Assembly: GCA_023920165.1 (NCBI GenBank)
Contig: CP089281.1
Coordinates: 1,488,001-1,552,000 of the forward strand
Direction: 5' to 3'
DNA: 64,000 nucleotides
Origin: Curvularia clavata
Lineage: Eukaryota
In this document: piece after piece, positions 50,201 through 61,466 of the stretch
Layout: each line of letters starts with the position of its first letter
Numbering within the stretch: position 1 is the first letter of the stretch
Position numbers and translations under genes: made by a program
Notes under the pieces: model-generated
What the model was told of the DNA's origin: nothing
Databases searched by the model: none
The model's input: the letters and a program-made list of their open reading frames with translations, nothing else

Positions 50201-53200
50201 AGACGAGTTCATAGACACACCTACAACTTCGATGACTGGGACTCTCACATCTGGCACTGAGCAAGACGAACAGAAGCCACAGAACGTCGGTGTTGATCCG
50301 GCTACCCAACGGACTGGTGATGAGGACCAGTCCAATGATGCTGCTCCCTCTTACTATAGCGATATGGTTGAAAACCATCGAACTAAGATCCTATCTTCGT
50401 CACCTTTTGTCAAGTTTATGCAGCCTTATCTACTTGAACAGGCTCGTCAGTACGAGGCAAAACTAGGACATCTCAAGAAACTCAAGAATCAGTACACCGC
50501 TGACGGTGCTGACGAAGAGAAAGCAGGGGAGATGGGTCAGAAGTTTGAGCTTGTGCAGCCTGAGATGGTTCACACAGTCGTTGAGAAGGCTTCTAAGCAA
50601 GTCCGGGAGTTCTTATCTGCTGTCCACGCATCGGAATACGATCGAGCGATGCAGCAGTACATGACACAACGACGCCAGTGGGAGCAGTATCTGTCTGGAA
50701 ACACTGATCTCTACGATCCATTCAATCATCAGAAAATCGCCGTTCTATATAGTGTTGTTAACACGATAACCTCAACGCCTTGCATTGGACCTGAGATCAT
50801 CGCTCTAGGCTTTTACCAGGAACATGATTATGATGACGGCTTTACTCCAGACTGCACTCTTGGACAATACGTGGAGGATTTGTGCACTTCGGCTGGCGTT
50901 GCATGCGAAGTAGGCAATTGCGACCGAAGGATGGTTGATCATTCTCGCCAATATGTACATGGAGAGGGTCAAATGACCGTGGTTGTTCAAAAGCATCCTC
51001 CGAAGCTGAAGGGAATGTACCAAACTATCCTAATGTGGAGCTGTTGCAGGATATGCGGCCAAGAAACGCAGGCTTTTCCCATGTCCGAATGGAGTTGGAG
51101 ATACTCTTTCGCCAAATACCTCGAGTTGACCTTTTGGAGCACGCCACTGCATCCCCGCGCTGGTATATGCCCACACGACATTCACAAGGATCACGTCCGT
51201 TACTTTGGATACAACAACGTCGCTCTTCGAATTCAATACGATCCCGTGCCAATGTACGAAGTCATAGCACCTAAACCAAACGTTACCTGGAAGGTCGACA
51301 GCGATCTGAGGTTGAAGAACAGCCAATATCTCATGATTGAGGAGAAGCTGGACTGCTTCATGGCTTCGCTCCGTGCCCGTATCCAAGGCATACATGTCGA
51401 AGACGTCATTCCAGAAAAGGTGGATCTGTGTCGCAAAGAAGTCGACCTACTTCTCAAGCGTGCAAATGAAGAGCATGAATGGCTGAAGGCTAAGCTTCAA
51501 GACAAGTACATGAGCTCAAAGTACTACGAGATCATTCCCATGAATCGCGCGATCCGTGCGATCCAAGAAAAGGCCATTGCTTGGGACGTGACGTTTACCG
51601 AGTTCGAACAGCAATTCTTCCCCACTGAACGAGATATCCGAAGATACGCAAATATGCAGCTCAAGAGGTTCCTGGAGCGTGACGAGTCGACAAGTTCCTT
51701 GGCGTCTGTTGAAGAGGGCGCAGAGTCAGGCGCAGATGATTCGTACATGGATGAAAAAGACGAGCCGATAGCATTGTCTCCTAGACCTTCCAATATGTCT
51801 CCAGAAATGGCTCGTGACATGTTGAGCTCGGTTGTTAAAGAGGAGAGCTCGGTCGGAAACCAGCCAGCAGACGAGATGCCTTCGACGCCAGAGAGCAAAA
51901 CCCCCACCTCTCCAAAGGCGACTCCAGACTTGGCGATTCAAGCTCCTCGTGAGGCGATAGAACGGGAGGATGTACGTCATCTTGATCTGGCTGTTTCTTC
52001 TGATTTCCCAGATAATCACACAGCCCCAAGTGAAGACCTAAACACTAGTCCTATCGTCGCTTCTGATCCGGGCAGATATGACCCAGGGTCCCCGACGCCT
52101 ACCAGTCCTCCCAAAGTGAATCCTCTCGACAAACAGCTCGCAGATGCAATTGAAAACATGCCTAGTAGCCCAATGACTTTACAGTCTACTGCAAGCCTGG
52201 CTACAGAGAGCAAGATACCTCGCCCGGTTGAACCTATGAGTAGGGAAACTGCTACACGGCCAGCGCCACTGGTCAGAACACAGTCCCAACCAGGAAACAT
52301 CGCAAAGCACCTAGGTCCTTTCCCAGGATCTTCAGTCCTCAACAATGGGCCTACCACACCCAAGGCCGCTGCCAACGATACTTCGAAAGCATTTGAACGC
52401 ATGACTGAGCGCCTAGGAATGGGTCCTACTAAACAGAGCAAATCTTCGTCTCGCATTCCACGATCCATTCCTTATAAGAGTCAGACCAAGGTATCAAAAA
52501 TCGCACAGCATTTTGAACAACTGTCGAGAGAATTCCAAAACCAACGTTTGCGCGAGCGGCGCAATGATCGTGCCCGGCAAATGCGCGCTTTCCCGTTGGC
52601 GTCCTCAAAGCCAGTTGTCGAGGTGTACAAAAACGTGCATGATGCTGTGCAGGAGAATGAAGATTCTGATGAGGATATACCTGAGCAATCTCTTTCCAGA
52701 GGTAGTTTGGACAATAGTACTCTTGGTACTAGCACCTTCACCGAGCATGCGGACGACACGACTACAGCCTCCCAGTCCCCAGTCGATGAGCGGCACGGCA
52801 AAGAGGGACTTTTAGCACCGCCACCGAGAGACGAAGAATCCCCCAAATCTCGGCTCCACTTCCCTAACGACGTTGACAACGATGTAAGCGATACAGAGAC
52901 AACACCAGAGGATATTCCTTTGCCCGACAGCCTCGCTAGCTCCCAGCTTTTGAACCTCAGCGACTCTCAGTTGGAAAACTCTTTGGAACTACCCAAGCAT
53001 GAGAAGAACACTCTGCTGAAGATATTGACAAGCTTCTGGTCTGAGCGGTCGGCTAGTGGTTGGACGCCATTAGAGTACCCATTCTCGCAAATCGAGCATG
53101 TGTGGGAGAATTCCGACATTATTATCCGGGAGGACGAGCCTAGCTCCATTATTGCTTTGGCTTTGTCATGCCCTGATTATGTGGCCAAACGTCAATCGTT

Positions 53201-54305
53201 CCGCGATTTGGGTGCAGCATCCGGCGACGGCCACGTGGAGACCTTTGAAGAGTCTGTCGAACGGAATTTGCTCCATGAAGAGAACCACAATATCCGCTAC
53301 AGCTTCACGAACCGTGGAGTGAAAGCACACTGCAAGATTTTCTACGCGCAATCGTTTGATGCTCTTCGGCGCAAATGCGGTGTTGCTGAGCGATTCGTTG
53401 AATCTCTCTCACGCTGCTCCAAATGGGATTCCAAGGGCGGAAAGTCAAAGTCCATTTTCTTGAAAACCCTCGATGACCGTTTTGTCCTGAAGTCTCTCTC
53501 CCCAGTGGAGGTCCAAGCATTCTTCAAGTTCGGTCCCAACTACTTTGCTTTTACACATCAGAATCTGTTCAAGTCTCTACCAAGTGTGATTGCGAAGATG
53601 TTTGGTCTTTTCCAAGTGCAGATCAAAACACCAACCGGCCGAGACTTTGACTGGTACATGCTCGTCATGGAAAACCTTTTCTACGACCGCGAACCCAATC
53701 GCCGCTACGACCTCAAAGGAAGCATGCGCAACCGAAAGATCCAAGCCACTGGCGAACGCGACGAGGTCCTACTTGATGAGAACTTGGTCGATATCATTTA
53801 CTCCGAAACTCCCATCTTCGTTCGTGAGCACACCAAGAAACTGCTCAAAGCCAGCGTGTTCAACGACACGCTCTTCCTCTCGCAGAACAACGTCATGGAC
53901 TATTCCCTAATGGCTGGCTTTGACGACACCAACCGCGAGATCATTGTTGGCATCATCGATTGCATCCGAACGTATACATGGGATAAGAAATTGGAGAGTT
54001 GGATCAAGGACCGTGGCAAGAACAAGCCCACCATCACGTCGCCTCGTGATTACCGCAATAGGTTTAGGATCGCCATGGAGAAGTACATTCTCCAAGCGCC
54101 TAATTGCTGGCATCAGTTTAGCGGCAGGCTAGTAGGTCAGAGTATGGATACGCGTAGGACCATTGGTGACGGAGGTGCTATGCCGTCCGATCCAGGGCAC
54201 AAGCGAGTATTGAGTAATGCTAGTACCGCGGGATCAGCAAGCGGAAGGGACATGGGGGCGTCGCTTGCATGGGGCGCAAACCCACAAGACGCGAGGAGAG
54301 TCTGA
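47241..54305 (+). CDS. FAB1: 1-phosphatidylinositol-3-phosphate 5-kinase Fab1/PIKfyve
   Basis: Uninterrupted ORF of about 2350 aa. FYVE (WMRDENAKACFNC...RRKHHCRTCGQIFDSKC), TCP-1/CCT-like domain (KLKKIPGG), PIP-kinase domain (GGKSKSIF, YDLKGS, MDYSL, IIDCIRTYTWDKKLE). Confidence 0.98.
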   Translation: MSGDSRRGSLQPSLHQMHATASRSDTLTTFDDFTVPPAPSAVGETKGIDLVQGGFSGLYSRLRASVGGAREQPQDGQASAAGKNGTPPASRQGAANSSPGSTSVSSPVVASGPSSRLQSPATATFSEVLPPSRDSNISNATATSKASISTTRSRPSISTSIDTVSAARQEDTYVLSPVSTHSKSHGPSLAESQRSNTPRDLARQEDGDLDEGDMAVVRGEGSNSEAVKFKTSADTSRESLSRVTSRTESQYQPPRSASSKARDPFEQSAEGAQSNHTAGNTQGSVHKPEPLRPPLLSVGPSHLPGYRASRASSSDGLSSVATSSTIRTPTVAPIEEIQRRVQAAPSGQNTSRSTFTQMRRKILDREFWMRDENAKACFNCGDAFTTFRRKHHCRTCGQIFDSKCTSIVSGKMFGQQSNLKVCKPCESIIYGHEDDSSDYTDEGDQASLYDHGDQAQYSDNDEPEPVENDHTKIGTPTISIPMSRKMGSEKKRRQHVIEVGPPTLARPSSSRSLRSMVGRPRSSSHKRHSSKHQHMRNVKHDDRAPFHQYHDNSRSQPSLSAFHHDNIIDPDLAPFMSDEGSSEEEHANIFATLREDPATSANLDSEKGGLGGILAAMRKGKSRAGDRSVIGTGHARDADNVSITSRNGNRPSRRRNLSVSSVTHRASPRRSKSNTLLRPYTGYGASGPGTPQLQPSPSPTPSGSRITRSASMQGMTPKVELNKASLDHARKLLIQMLNDSGVPHASSWEKALIPILRQCTDDVNPDVDRGDDIDVRNYIKLKKIPGGKPKDTAYISGVVFTKNVALRSMPRSIPNPRIAIITFAIEYARHQTHFMSLEPVIAQEREYLRNLVNRIVALEPHVLLVQRNVSGLALEFLEQEGIAVVHNVKPTVLNAVARCTNSRMISSVDKLAIDPSHLGSCGSFDVKTYVHRNAKKTYIFLSGCQKELGCTIVLRGAKSDELSRLKRITEFMSYVVYNLRLETCLMRDEFIDTPTTSMTGTLTSGTEQDEQKPQNVGVDPATQRTGDEDQSNDAAPSYYSDMVENHRTKILSSSPFVKFMQPYLLEQARQYEAKLGHLKKLKNQYTADGADEEKAGEMGQKFELVQPEMVHTVVEKASKQVREFLSAVHASEYDRAMQQYMTQRRQWEQYLSGNTDLYDPFNHQKIAVLYSVVNTITSTPCIGPEIIALGFYQEHDYDDGFTPDCTLGQYVEDLCTSAGVACEVGNCDRRMVDHSRQYVHGEGQMTVVVQKHPPKLKGMYQTILMWSCCRICGQETQAFPMSEWSWRYSFAKYLELTFWSTPLHPRAGICPHDIHKDHVRYFGYNNVALRIQYDPVPMYEVIAPKPNVTWKVDSDLRLKNSQYLMIEEKLDCFMASLRARIQGIHVEDVIPEKVDLCRKEVDLLLKRANEEHEWLKAKLQDKYMSSKYYEIIPMNRAIRAIQEKAIAWDVTFTEFEQQFFPTERDIRRYANMQLKRFLERDESTSSLASVEEGAESGADDSYMDEKDEPIALSPRPSNMSPEMARDMLSSVVKEESSVGNQPADEMPSTPESKTPTSPKATPDLAIQAPREAIEREDVRHLDLAVSSDFPDNHTAPSEDLNTSPIVASDPGRYDPGSPTPTSPPKVNPLDKQLADAIENMPSSPMTLQSTASLATESKIPRPVEPMSRETATRPAPLVRTQSQPGNIAKHLGPFPGSSVLNNGPTTPKAAANDTSKAFERMTERLGMGPTKQSKSSSRIPRSIPYKSQTKVSKIAQHFEQLSREFQNQRLRERRNDRARQMRAFPLASSKPVVEVYKNVHDAVQENEDSDEDIPEQSLSRGSLDNSTLGTSTFTEHADDTTTASQSPVDERHGKEGLLAPPPRDEESPKSRLHFPNDVDNDVSDTETTPEDIPLPDSLASSQLLNLSDSQLENSLELPKHEKNTLLKILTSFWSERSASGWTPLEYPFSQIEHVWENSDIIIREDEPSSIIALALSCPDYVAKRQSFRDLGAASGDGHVETFEESVERNLLHEENHNIRYSFTNRGVKAHCKIFYAQSFDALRRKCGVAERFVESLSRCSKWDSKGGKSKSIFLKTLDDRFVLKSLSPVEVQAFFKFGPNYFAFTHQNLFKSLPSVIAKMFGLFQVQIKTPTGRDFDWYMLVMENLFYDREPNRRYDLKGSMRNRKIQATGERDEVLLDENLVDIIYSETPIFVREHTKKLLKASVFNDTLFLSQNNVMDYSLMAGFDDTNREIIVGIIDCIRTYTWDKKLESWIKDRGKNKPTITSPRDYRNRFRIAMEKYILQAPNCWHQFSGRLVGQSMDTRRTIGDGGAMPSDPGHKRVLSNASTAGSASGRDMGASLAWGANPQDARRV

Positions 54306-55077
54306 GCAGCTTAAAATGTGTAATAGAGAGGACAGAACTTTTTTTCTTTCTTTTTCTCTTTTCTCATTTTCTAGAGCGATTGACGAGATAAGCATAGCGT
54401 TGGTGTTGGGATAGTTTGATAGTTTGATAGTTTTCATCTTGTTCCTCTTTCTCAGTATGAAACGTTTGGTAATGATGTCACATAGGACTGTCGAGTCTTT
54501 AATTGTCCAGGATTATGGTTTATTTCGCACTATTTATTGACTTGAATGAGTGCCATGGGAAAATTGTTCTTGTCTCTCCTGCAACCAGTTTAAACTGAAA
54601 AGTTAAAATGAGCTCACCTGCGCTGTTAACAGAGTGAAATAGTAACAGTGAAAACTATAGCAATCTTTCAAAAGGGGCGTTAAAAATGCTAGAAATACTG
54701 AATATGATGGGAAGGTGTAGCAAGTATAGCTACTTTTAAATTAGTGGCTTGTGTAGGACGGTATATGTTCTAGTTTCACCGGTTGCAGGAAACCTTGTTA
54801 ATCATTACTTCACAATACATTCAATCTTATGAACGCTTGACTTCATCAAAATCTTACTCTTATATCGTGATATATACACAGGAGCTGCCAGAAAGCCTGA
54901 TACATGTATATACATAATTTGCATAATAGCAAAAACGTGACAAGCCTTTGCAAGTAAAAGACCATCAACATCGAACAGAAGCGAACATCAAAGCTGGATA
55001 TTTACAGTCGTGACCAGCCTCTCCACAACTCCACCGTCATACTTGTAACGTGACGTGGCATACATTAGGCACTTTGC

Positions 55078-56103
55078 CTAAGCCAAAGGCTTCAGCTTGT
55101 CCAAGTCCTTGGACTGAACCTGCCATCCGTCGGCCGAGTAACCCGACTTGAGGTACTGAGCGCCATTCTGGTCGCCCTTGAGCACCCACTGTGCCCAAGC
55201 GAGGATAGCCTTGCCGAAGCGTCCACCGTTGGCATCACCGAGTGTGCCTCCGTGGCCAACGGGGATGTTTCCCTTCCATGTGGGAACGCCCGCAGGAATG
55301 TTGCGGTAGTCACGCTCGCCCTGTCATTTACATCAGCTTTTGTCCCAGCCAAACACCAATCCCCCGTCTTTTACCGGAGAGTAAAGTAGATGAGGAACTT
55401 ACATTCTGATACGCAATATCTCCACTGCCACCCAGTACAAAAAGCACCGGCTTGTTCCACCTCTTCGCGACATCATAGTTCGACAACAGTCCCGAACTCA
55501 CAATGCCAATTGTATCCACCCTCTCGTCAAAAATGTTGTCAATCGCCTCCACGCCTCCGCACGAGAATCCTGCGGCCATAATCCGGCTCGCATCAACGTT
55601 CGCATAGCGTCCTGTGCCCGCCGTCTTGCTGATCCAGTCAATGGCTTGCTTCATGGTTTGCGCGTTGGAGGAACCGCCGCCGGAGAGACCGCCCTCAGAG
55701 ATGGCGATGAAGCCATTGGCAGCAACGTGCTTGAGGAGAGCGATGTTGGAGCGGCCGTCGGTGCTGCAGGCACCGTTGCCCCAGACGAAGACGGGCCATT
55801 TGGTGGAGTTACCGGAGCCGGAGCCGGTGCTCGTGGGGAGGTAGATGGTGTGGCCGGGGAGACTGGAGTCCATGAAGGGGTCGGTGCTGCCGCCTTGCTG
55901 GGGGAGGGTTAGTTTGGTGTGCTGGTTTAGTAAGGGTGTCTGGTGGGATGGTTTGGGGAAGATGGAGATTCGGTGGAATTGTGGTCTTTTGAACATGTGG
56001 ATTTTAGCAAGAGGAGGAAACGTACACGAGGCTCAAGTTGGAGAGGTGAGGCAGTCACGCTGCTGATGAGGGCCACGAGGGCGAAGCTGAATGCGCTCTT
56101 CAT
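55078..56103 (-). CDS. Secreted alpha/beta-fold serine hydrolase
   Basis: Signal peptide MKSAFSFALVALISSVTA. Introns 55898-56025 and 55321-55402. VWGNGAC, nucleophile elbow GFSCGG, candidate Asp in GGSGDIAY and His in VGHGGT. TATAAA on the minus strand at 56221-56226. Confidence 0.85.
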
Positions 56104-57785
56104 GTTTGTGTTTTGAAAAGAAAGACTACCAGGCTTTTTTTGCGTATAAGAGAAAGGCAAGTGGTGAAGTGAATGTAGAGATGCTTCTGTACTTACTCAG
56201 GCACCGCCAGAGGAGTCTGTTTTATATGGGAACTACCCCCATCCTATTTTATCCAGAACAGCGTTCACCCATGTCCTTGTTGCAATCAATTGATCGATTG
56301 AGTGTCAACGATCACCCATGGCAGCGCAACGTTATAATACCCACTCTAAACTTGTTTAATATGTTTCAAGCCGGGTTTCTTGTCCAAACACCCACCGTGG
56401 ACCCACTATGTCAGAACCAGGGGCAGCCGCACAGCAGAAGGTTTCTTTTTTCCCTCGGGCCTACTCGTTGATGGGGTAAATGGGGCCGTTGGGTGGGTGT
56501 GTCGAAACATCCATTGCAAGATCGATGAGGCAAAGATCAGAGGGGCGGAATAGATTGGGTGCGTGAACCAAATGGGTGGGGATGTTTATGCATGGGTATA
56601 GGCTTGAAGGCTAGCTTCACGGATCTTGTCAGAACCTGAACAGCACAGTATTAGAGCTTTCCAATAGGGTTATCACTAGATTTGACGTAACCCCAAAGTA
56701 CTTTGATGACTCGATTGCTTCACAGCAAAAGTCGCACAGTTACCTTCTTCGTCACTCAAGTGCACTAGTACCTCAACTTAATTTACATAACGTCTTGTGA
56801 GTTGGCGGTAGTGAGAGCTTGGCTGGCGGGCAACAAGAGCTTGGCCGGTGGCTAAGATGGGCAGCATCTTGGGTCACCCGTCCAGGTGGTATAATACCTC
56901 GATATTGAGGGATCGCGTATCGGGCAGATCTGGAGGAGGATCCTTCGAAATTGTTCCGGGTGCGGGGAAAAGAAGCGCTTCTGCATTAGCGCTACCTCTC
57001 GGGTCAATTGCTGTTACGTGCAGTGGCATGTGTGGAGTGCATAGCGTGCATAAACAACTGCCGAGGGCGTTGTCCGCTCGCACGAATCTATTGTCGTGTC
57101 GTGAAACGTCTGTTCTAGAGCTGACGTCAAGCTCTCAGGTACTAGACCAGGGAATCAGGAAATTTACAGGGCACACACGGCGCTTACTATCGTACAGCTG
57201 TTTCTTATAGGGCGGGTTATCTTATACCGAGTGTCTAATGCAGTCTGCATGGTAATTGCATGAGAAAGTTTTTATATAATCTCGTGTCTTCTCATCGGTG
57301 GAGTTTCTGAAGTCGTATCCTTACTGTATGCCGTCCATCGTGGGACTGCTGCCCCTTACGCAAATGAAGGCTCGGCGTGTAACTGACCCTATGAAACACC
57401 GAAACACTTGGCACGAGAGAAGAGATGCCGAGAACTTCTCAAAAAAGAAAAACCGAACAAATCAGGAGGCACCTTGGCATGCTGTTCATAAACCGCTACA
57501 TGAACATTTAACCTGTCCTCGCCTTACCCTGAGGAAAAACCTCTGTATTATCGGACGCATCACAAGGGAGTATGGCTAATCCCGCGAGAACGCTTCCATG
57601 ACATAACAGATCGATGAAACTTTTCCGATTAGCCGGAGGAACCAACCCATTGCAGATCTCTGGCACACTGTCAACCAGCATCATATCCCAATGTGTACTG
57701 TATCTCAATCGTGCCCACCAGTGTCCACAAGCATGAACCCAGCCAGCAACGGCGGCGGTGGAAACATGTTTGATACAAACTAGGC

Positions 57786-58356
57786 CTAGACGCGCGAACG
57801 ACCAAGCCATCGTTTCCGTCTGCACATCATTAGCTTCCGCAGTCCAAGTTTCAAGCATTACCACTAACCCTGTCGTCGCTGGAGCACCATCACTAGCGGC
57901 AGGCGCCGTACCATGCTTCTTCCACGTCATGATGCCCAGCACAAAGCTAGCAAACCAGAAGATAGCCGCCATAAAGGAAAAAGCCTGAATGGCATTCCAC
58001 TTTCCACACAATCCATCTCTCAAACCCATCGTATTCCAGTCCCACTTGCTGCCACAGCGCATGACATCTTCGTACCAGTCTTGGAGTAGGCCGAAGACGG
58101 CAAACCAGGCGCCGCAGAAGAGGAGATCGGCAATGGTGTGGGCGACGGGCGTGAGGGTGCTGGAGATGAGCCAGATGAGAGAGGCGATGAGGGAGGTGGC
58201 TGCGATGATGGCGCTGTAAATGAGTCGATTGAAGGGGCCGCCGATGTTATGCGCGTACTCGAGGTGGAGGAGATAGCCTGCCAGTCCTAGAACGACGGCG
58301 GCGCAAGTAAATTGCGCCAAGCGCAGGGCCATGAAGGCGGAGCGAGGGACAGCCAT
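57786..58356 (-). CDS. MARVEL / membrane-associating-domain four-TM protein
   Basis: LRLAQFTCAAVVLGLAGY...DLLFCGAWFAVFGLL...CGKWNAIQAFSFMAAIFWFASF. Intron 57820-57868 gives C-terminus GRKRWLGRSRV*. Confidence 0.85.
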
Positions 58357-58991
58357 GGTGTTGGTGTTGATGTTCTTGATATTATTGAGGCCGAAGGGCT
58401 GGGTTTAGTCTTGTCGAGATGTGATTTGAAAAGATGCTGTAGTAGATCTTGAGGTTATTGTGCGGGATATGAAGACTACTGTTGTGAAAAGGTGAGGATA
58501 GCTATTCCTTCACTTGTCACCGGGGCCTCGAGCTTCACTTCACCTGCTGTCCACATGTCGTGCCATGTTGACGACGTGGTTCATTGCAAACGTCGTCATC
58601 CCACGTGCAACCTCACTTGCCTTCGTCGCTTGCTCTCATCGAACACTTGTGTCGTACAACAACGAGCTTTAATCTAGTTTCAAGTCGCTATCCACATGTC
58701 GTTGGGATGATTGGAGAATCGCGTTTGCTAGTTGCACCGGTGTCCCATTGAATGCTAAGCATCATCATCGAATCGACTAAGCCAGACTCCACCTCAGACG
58801 TCAAAAATGCAACTTCGAGATACACCAGATGACCAAAGGCCTCCCTTTTAAGGATCCCACGTCTTACTAACCTCTCTCCATTAGCTATTTGTCATCCTCT
58901 ATCAACCCCACCATGTACCCCACTATGTCTACCGTCATCCTAACACAAGTACTACCATCACCCATCACTTCCGTGTCACACTCTCCCCAGA

Positions 58992-59948
58992 ATGGCGCAA
59001 CCACAAGCCACCATCGCCATCCTTTCAATCGGTCAGATGGGCCTTGGAGTCGCCTCGCTCCTCAAATCCCACAACTACACCGTCACCACCAACACCAGTG
59101 GCCGGAGTGCTGAAACCAGTTCCCGCGCCACGTCCATTGGAATCCAGGCGCTAGGAACAGATGAAGACCTCGTCGAATCGGCAGACTACATCTTGAGTAT
59201 CGTGCCACCACGTGACGCAGTCGCAACCGCCGAGCGCGTCATTGCTGCCTTGGAGAAGCGCAGGAGGGCGCCAGACCGCGTGCTATACTATCTAGATCTG
59301 AACGCCATAAGCCCAGAAACAGCACGCCATATCAACCAGCTATTCGCAGACCGCGCAAAGGAAGTACATTTTATCGATGGAGGCATAATCGGTGGTCCAC
59401 CCACAGCCCCTTCCACTTCTACCCCAAAGGAATCAGCTACGACAAACAGCCCGGGATCAGACTGGTACCGTCCCAGAATCCCCTTATCAGGCCCTCACAC
59501 CATCCCCAGCACACATCTCTCCTCTGTGCTGAATACGAAACACATCAGTCCTACTGTCGGCACAGCCAGCGGTCTGAAATGCTGTTTCGCCGCCCTGAGC
59601 AAAGGCTTCATAGCACTGGCGTTACAGTCTTTCACCACGGCATCATCGCTAGGCGTGCTCGACGAGCTAAAAGAGTACATGGACGTATACAATCCCAATG
59701 CGCGGGTCAAGGCGGAGAAGGATGTAGTAGGGTGTACGGGGAAAGCGTATCGGTGGGTGGAAGAGATGAGGCAGATAGGAGAGTGTTTTGCAAGCGAGGG
59801 AGGATGGGAGCAAGCGAGTGTTTTTAGAGAGATTGCAGGAGTTTTTCAGGGATTGGCGGATGTGGTGGAGAAGGAAGGGAGGGAGGGGATGGGGGATGTT
59901 GAGGGGGTTGTGGGTGTGTTGGGAAAAGAGCTTCACGGGAAAGAATAG
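58992..59948 (+). CDS. NAD(P)-binding 6-phosphogluconate/beta-hydroxyacid dehydrogenase-like protein (DUF1932-type C-terminus)
   Basis: Rossmann start IAILSIGQMGLGVA, ILSIVPP, YLDLNAISP, FIDGGIIGGPP, ASGLKCCFAALSKG, KAYRWVEEMRQIG. Confidence 0.85.
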   Translation: MAQPQATIAILSIGQMGLGVASLLKSHNYTVTTNTSGRSAETSSRATSIGIQALGTDEDLVESADYILSIVPPRDAVATAERVIAALEKRRRAPDRVLYYLDLNAISPETARHINQLFADRAKEVHFIDGGIIGGPPTAPSTSTPKESATTNSPGSDWYRPRIPLSGPHTIPSTHLSSVLNTKHISPTVGTASGLKCCFAALSKGFIALALQSFTTASSLGVLDELKEYMDVYNPNARVKAEKDVVGCTGKAYRWVEEMRQIGECFASEGGWEQASVFREIAGVFQGLADVVEKEGREGMGDVEGVVGVLGKELHGKE

Positions 59949-60172
59949 AATAAATTAGATTAGATTAGAACTCTCTCTCTCATTCTCTCTCTCGCAAATG
60001 ATGAAGCCGGAAAATGGCGGCCTGCTAAGTCACCCATTTTCTAAAAAGTATCTGCAGTTAATTCTTTCTATGTTGATAGTGCAGGTGAGTTCGATTTAAA
60101 TCGGTTCTACCGGTTACGTGATAAGAAACCTAGCTTGGATCTTTAACCATTTTCCTTCTGTCCTATGATTAT

Positions 60173-61466
60173 TCAAGAAGATGCCGCCAAACCCTGATAT
60201 ACTCCCATCTCAGCCATTACCCAGGCCGGAATCACCTTGCCATCTCCATTCGGCAACACTTGAGCCGCGAGCATACCAGCAACACCCTTTTCACGATCAA
60301 CCCACCAGAAGCAATTGCACAGGCCCATCCACCACATCGTGTTGGCTCCACGCCCTGTCTGACCCGGCGCAATGGTAAGGAATCCGCCGAATCCCCATCC
60401 CTGAGGCGGATTCCCCGGCTGAGGATACATTTCCTTGGCGTGATTGAGCAAGAGCGGATTCGCAGGCGCCATGTCCATGCGCGCGAAGTCCGGTTGATCC
60501 GGGATCTGATTTTCCCACATGAGGTCGACAGTCTCCTTCTTTAAGATCTGCTTGTTAGTGAGGGGACTGGTGCCGTCGTTGAGCAAGGTAGCGAGTATCT
60601 TGACGTATTCTTTTGGCTTGGAGAAGAGGCCAGCGCCGCCGGATTGGAGAAAGTCGGCTTGTTTCTCTGGTGGGCAGGTCAGCGGGCCGATGTAGAGGTG
60701 CGGGTTTTCGTGCAAGACGCCGGATGGGTCGCGCTGGTGCATGCGGGCGAGGTTCTTTTGCACACTTGGGGATGGGAACATGGTGGCGCCGTCGGCGGGG
60801 ATGTCTAAAGGATCGAATACGTGCTGTTGGAAGTATTCGCCCAGCTTTTGGCCGGTAACCCGTTCGAGAATGATGCCTGCCCAGTCGATGTTGACCTGTG
60901 ATATGTCTTTAGCTGCCTGGATGGCTTGGGTCTGTTGTAATGAGTCCCAAACTTACACCGTACTCGAACATACTACCCGGCTGATTCAGCAGCTTCGCAT
61001 TGAGGATATCGTTCTTATCTCCATGGCTTCCTTCAATACCATCCTCCTTGATCCTTGGATCGGCAAATCTGTATCCAAACCCTGCTGTATGGCTCAACAG
61101 CATACGCATGGTAATCTCCTTCTCCTTCTCAACACCATTGACACCATCAGGATAAACCTTCTTCTCGGCAAGCTCTGGTGCAATCTTCTTCACAAACTCG
61201 GCATCGTCCAAAGGTATCTTGTTCTGCTCAACAAGCTGTAATACCGAAATGACTGTGACAAGCTTGGTGCAAGAAGCAATCCAGAACATGGTAGTCTGTG
61301 CATCCATCGGCTGATCAGAATCTACTCCGACGGTGCCCGAAGCAAGCTCGACCAGTGTCTTGCCTGACCTGTCAACGGCGTGGAAGACGAGCCCTGGTGC
61401 GCCATCCTTGACAAAGTTGTCCAAAGTGCTCTTAATATTCTCAACACTTTGGGAGCTGAGTGACAT
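60173..61466 (-). CDS. Beta-lactamase-family serine hydrolase (LovD/family VIII esterase-like)
   Basis: SxxK WIASCTK, LLSHTAGF, FEYGVNIDW across intron 60896-60956, GGAGLFS, FWWVDREKGVAG. Confidence 0.92.

Noticed and set aside
54480..54960. AT-rich stretch as a RIP-degraded transposon
   Set aside because: No TIR, LTR, target-site duplication or transposase remnant visible. Consistent with a terminator region between convergent genes.
60084..60112. GTTCGA T-loop-like string suggesting a tRNA
   Set aside because: No cloverleaf stems or A-box in the flanks.
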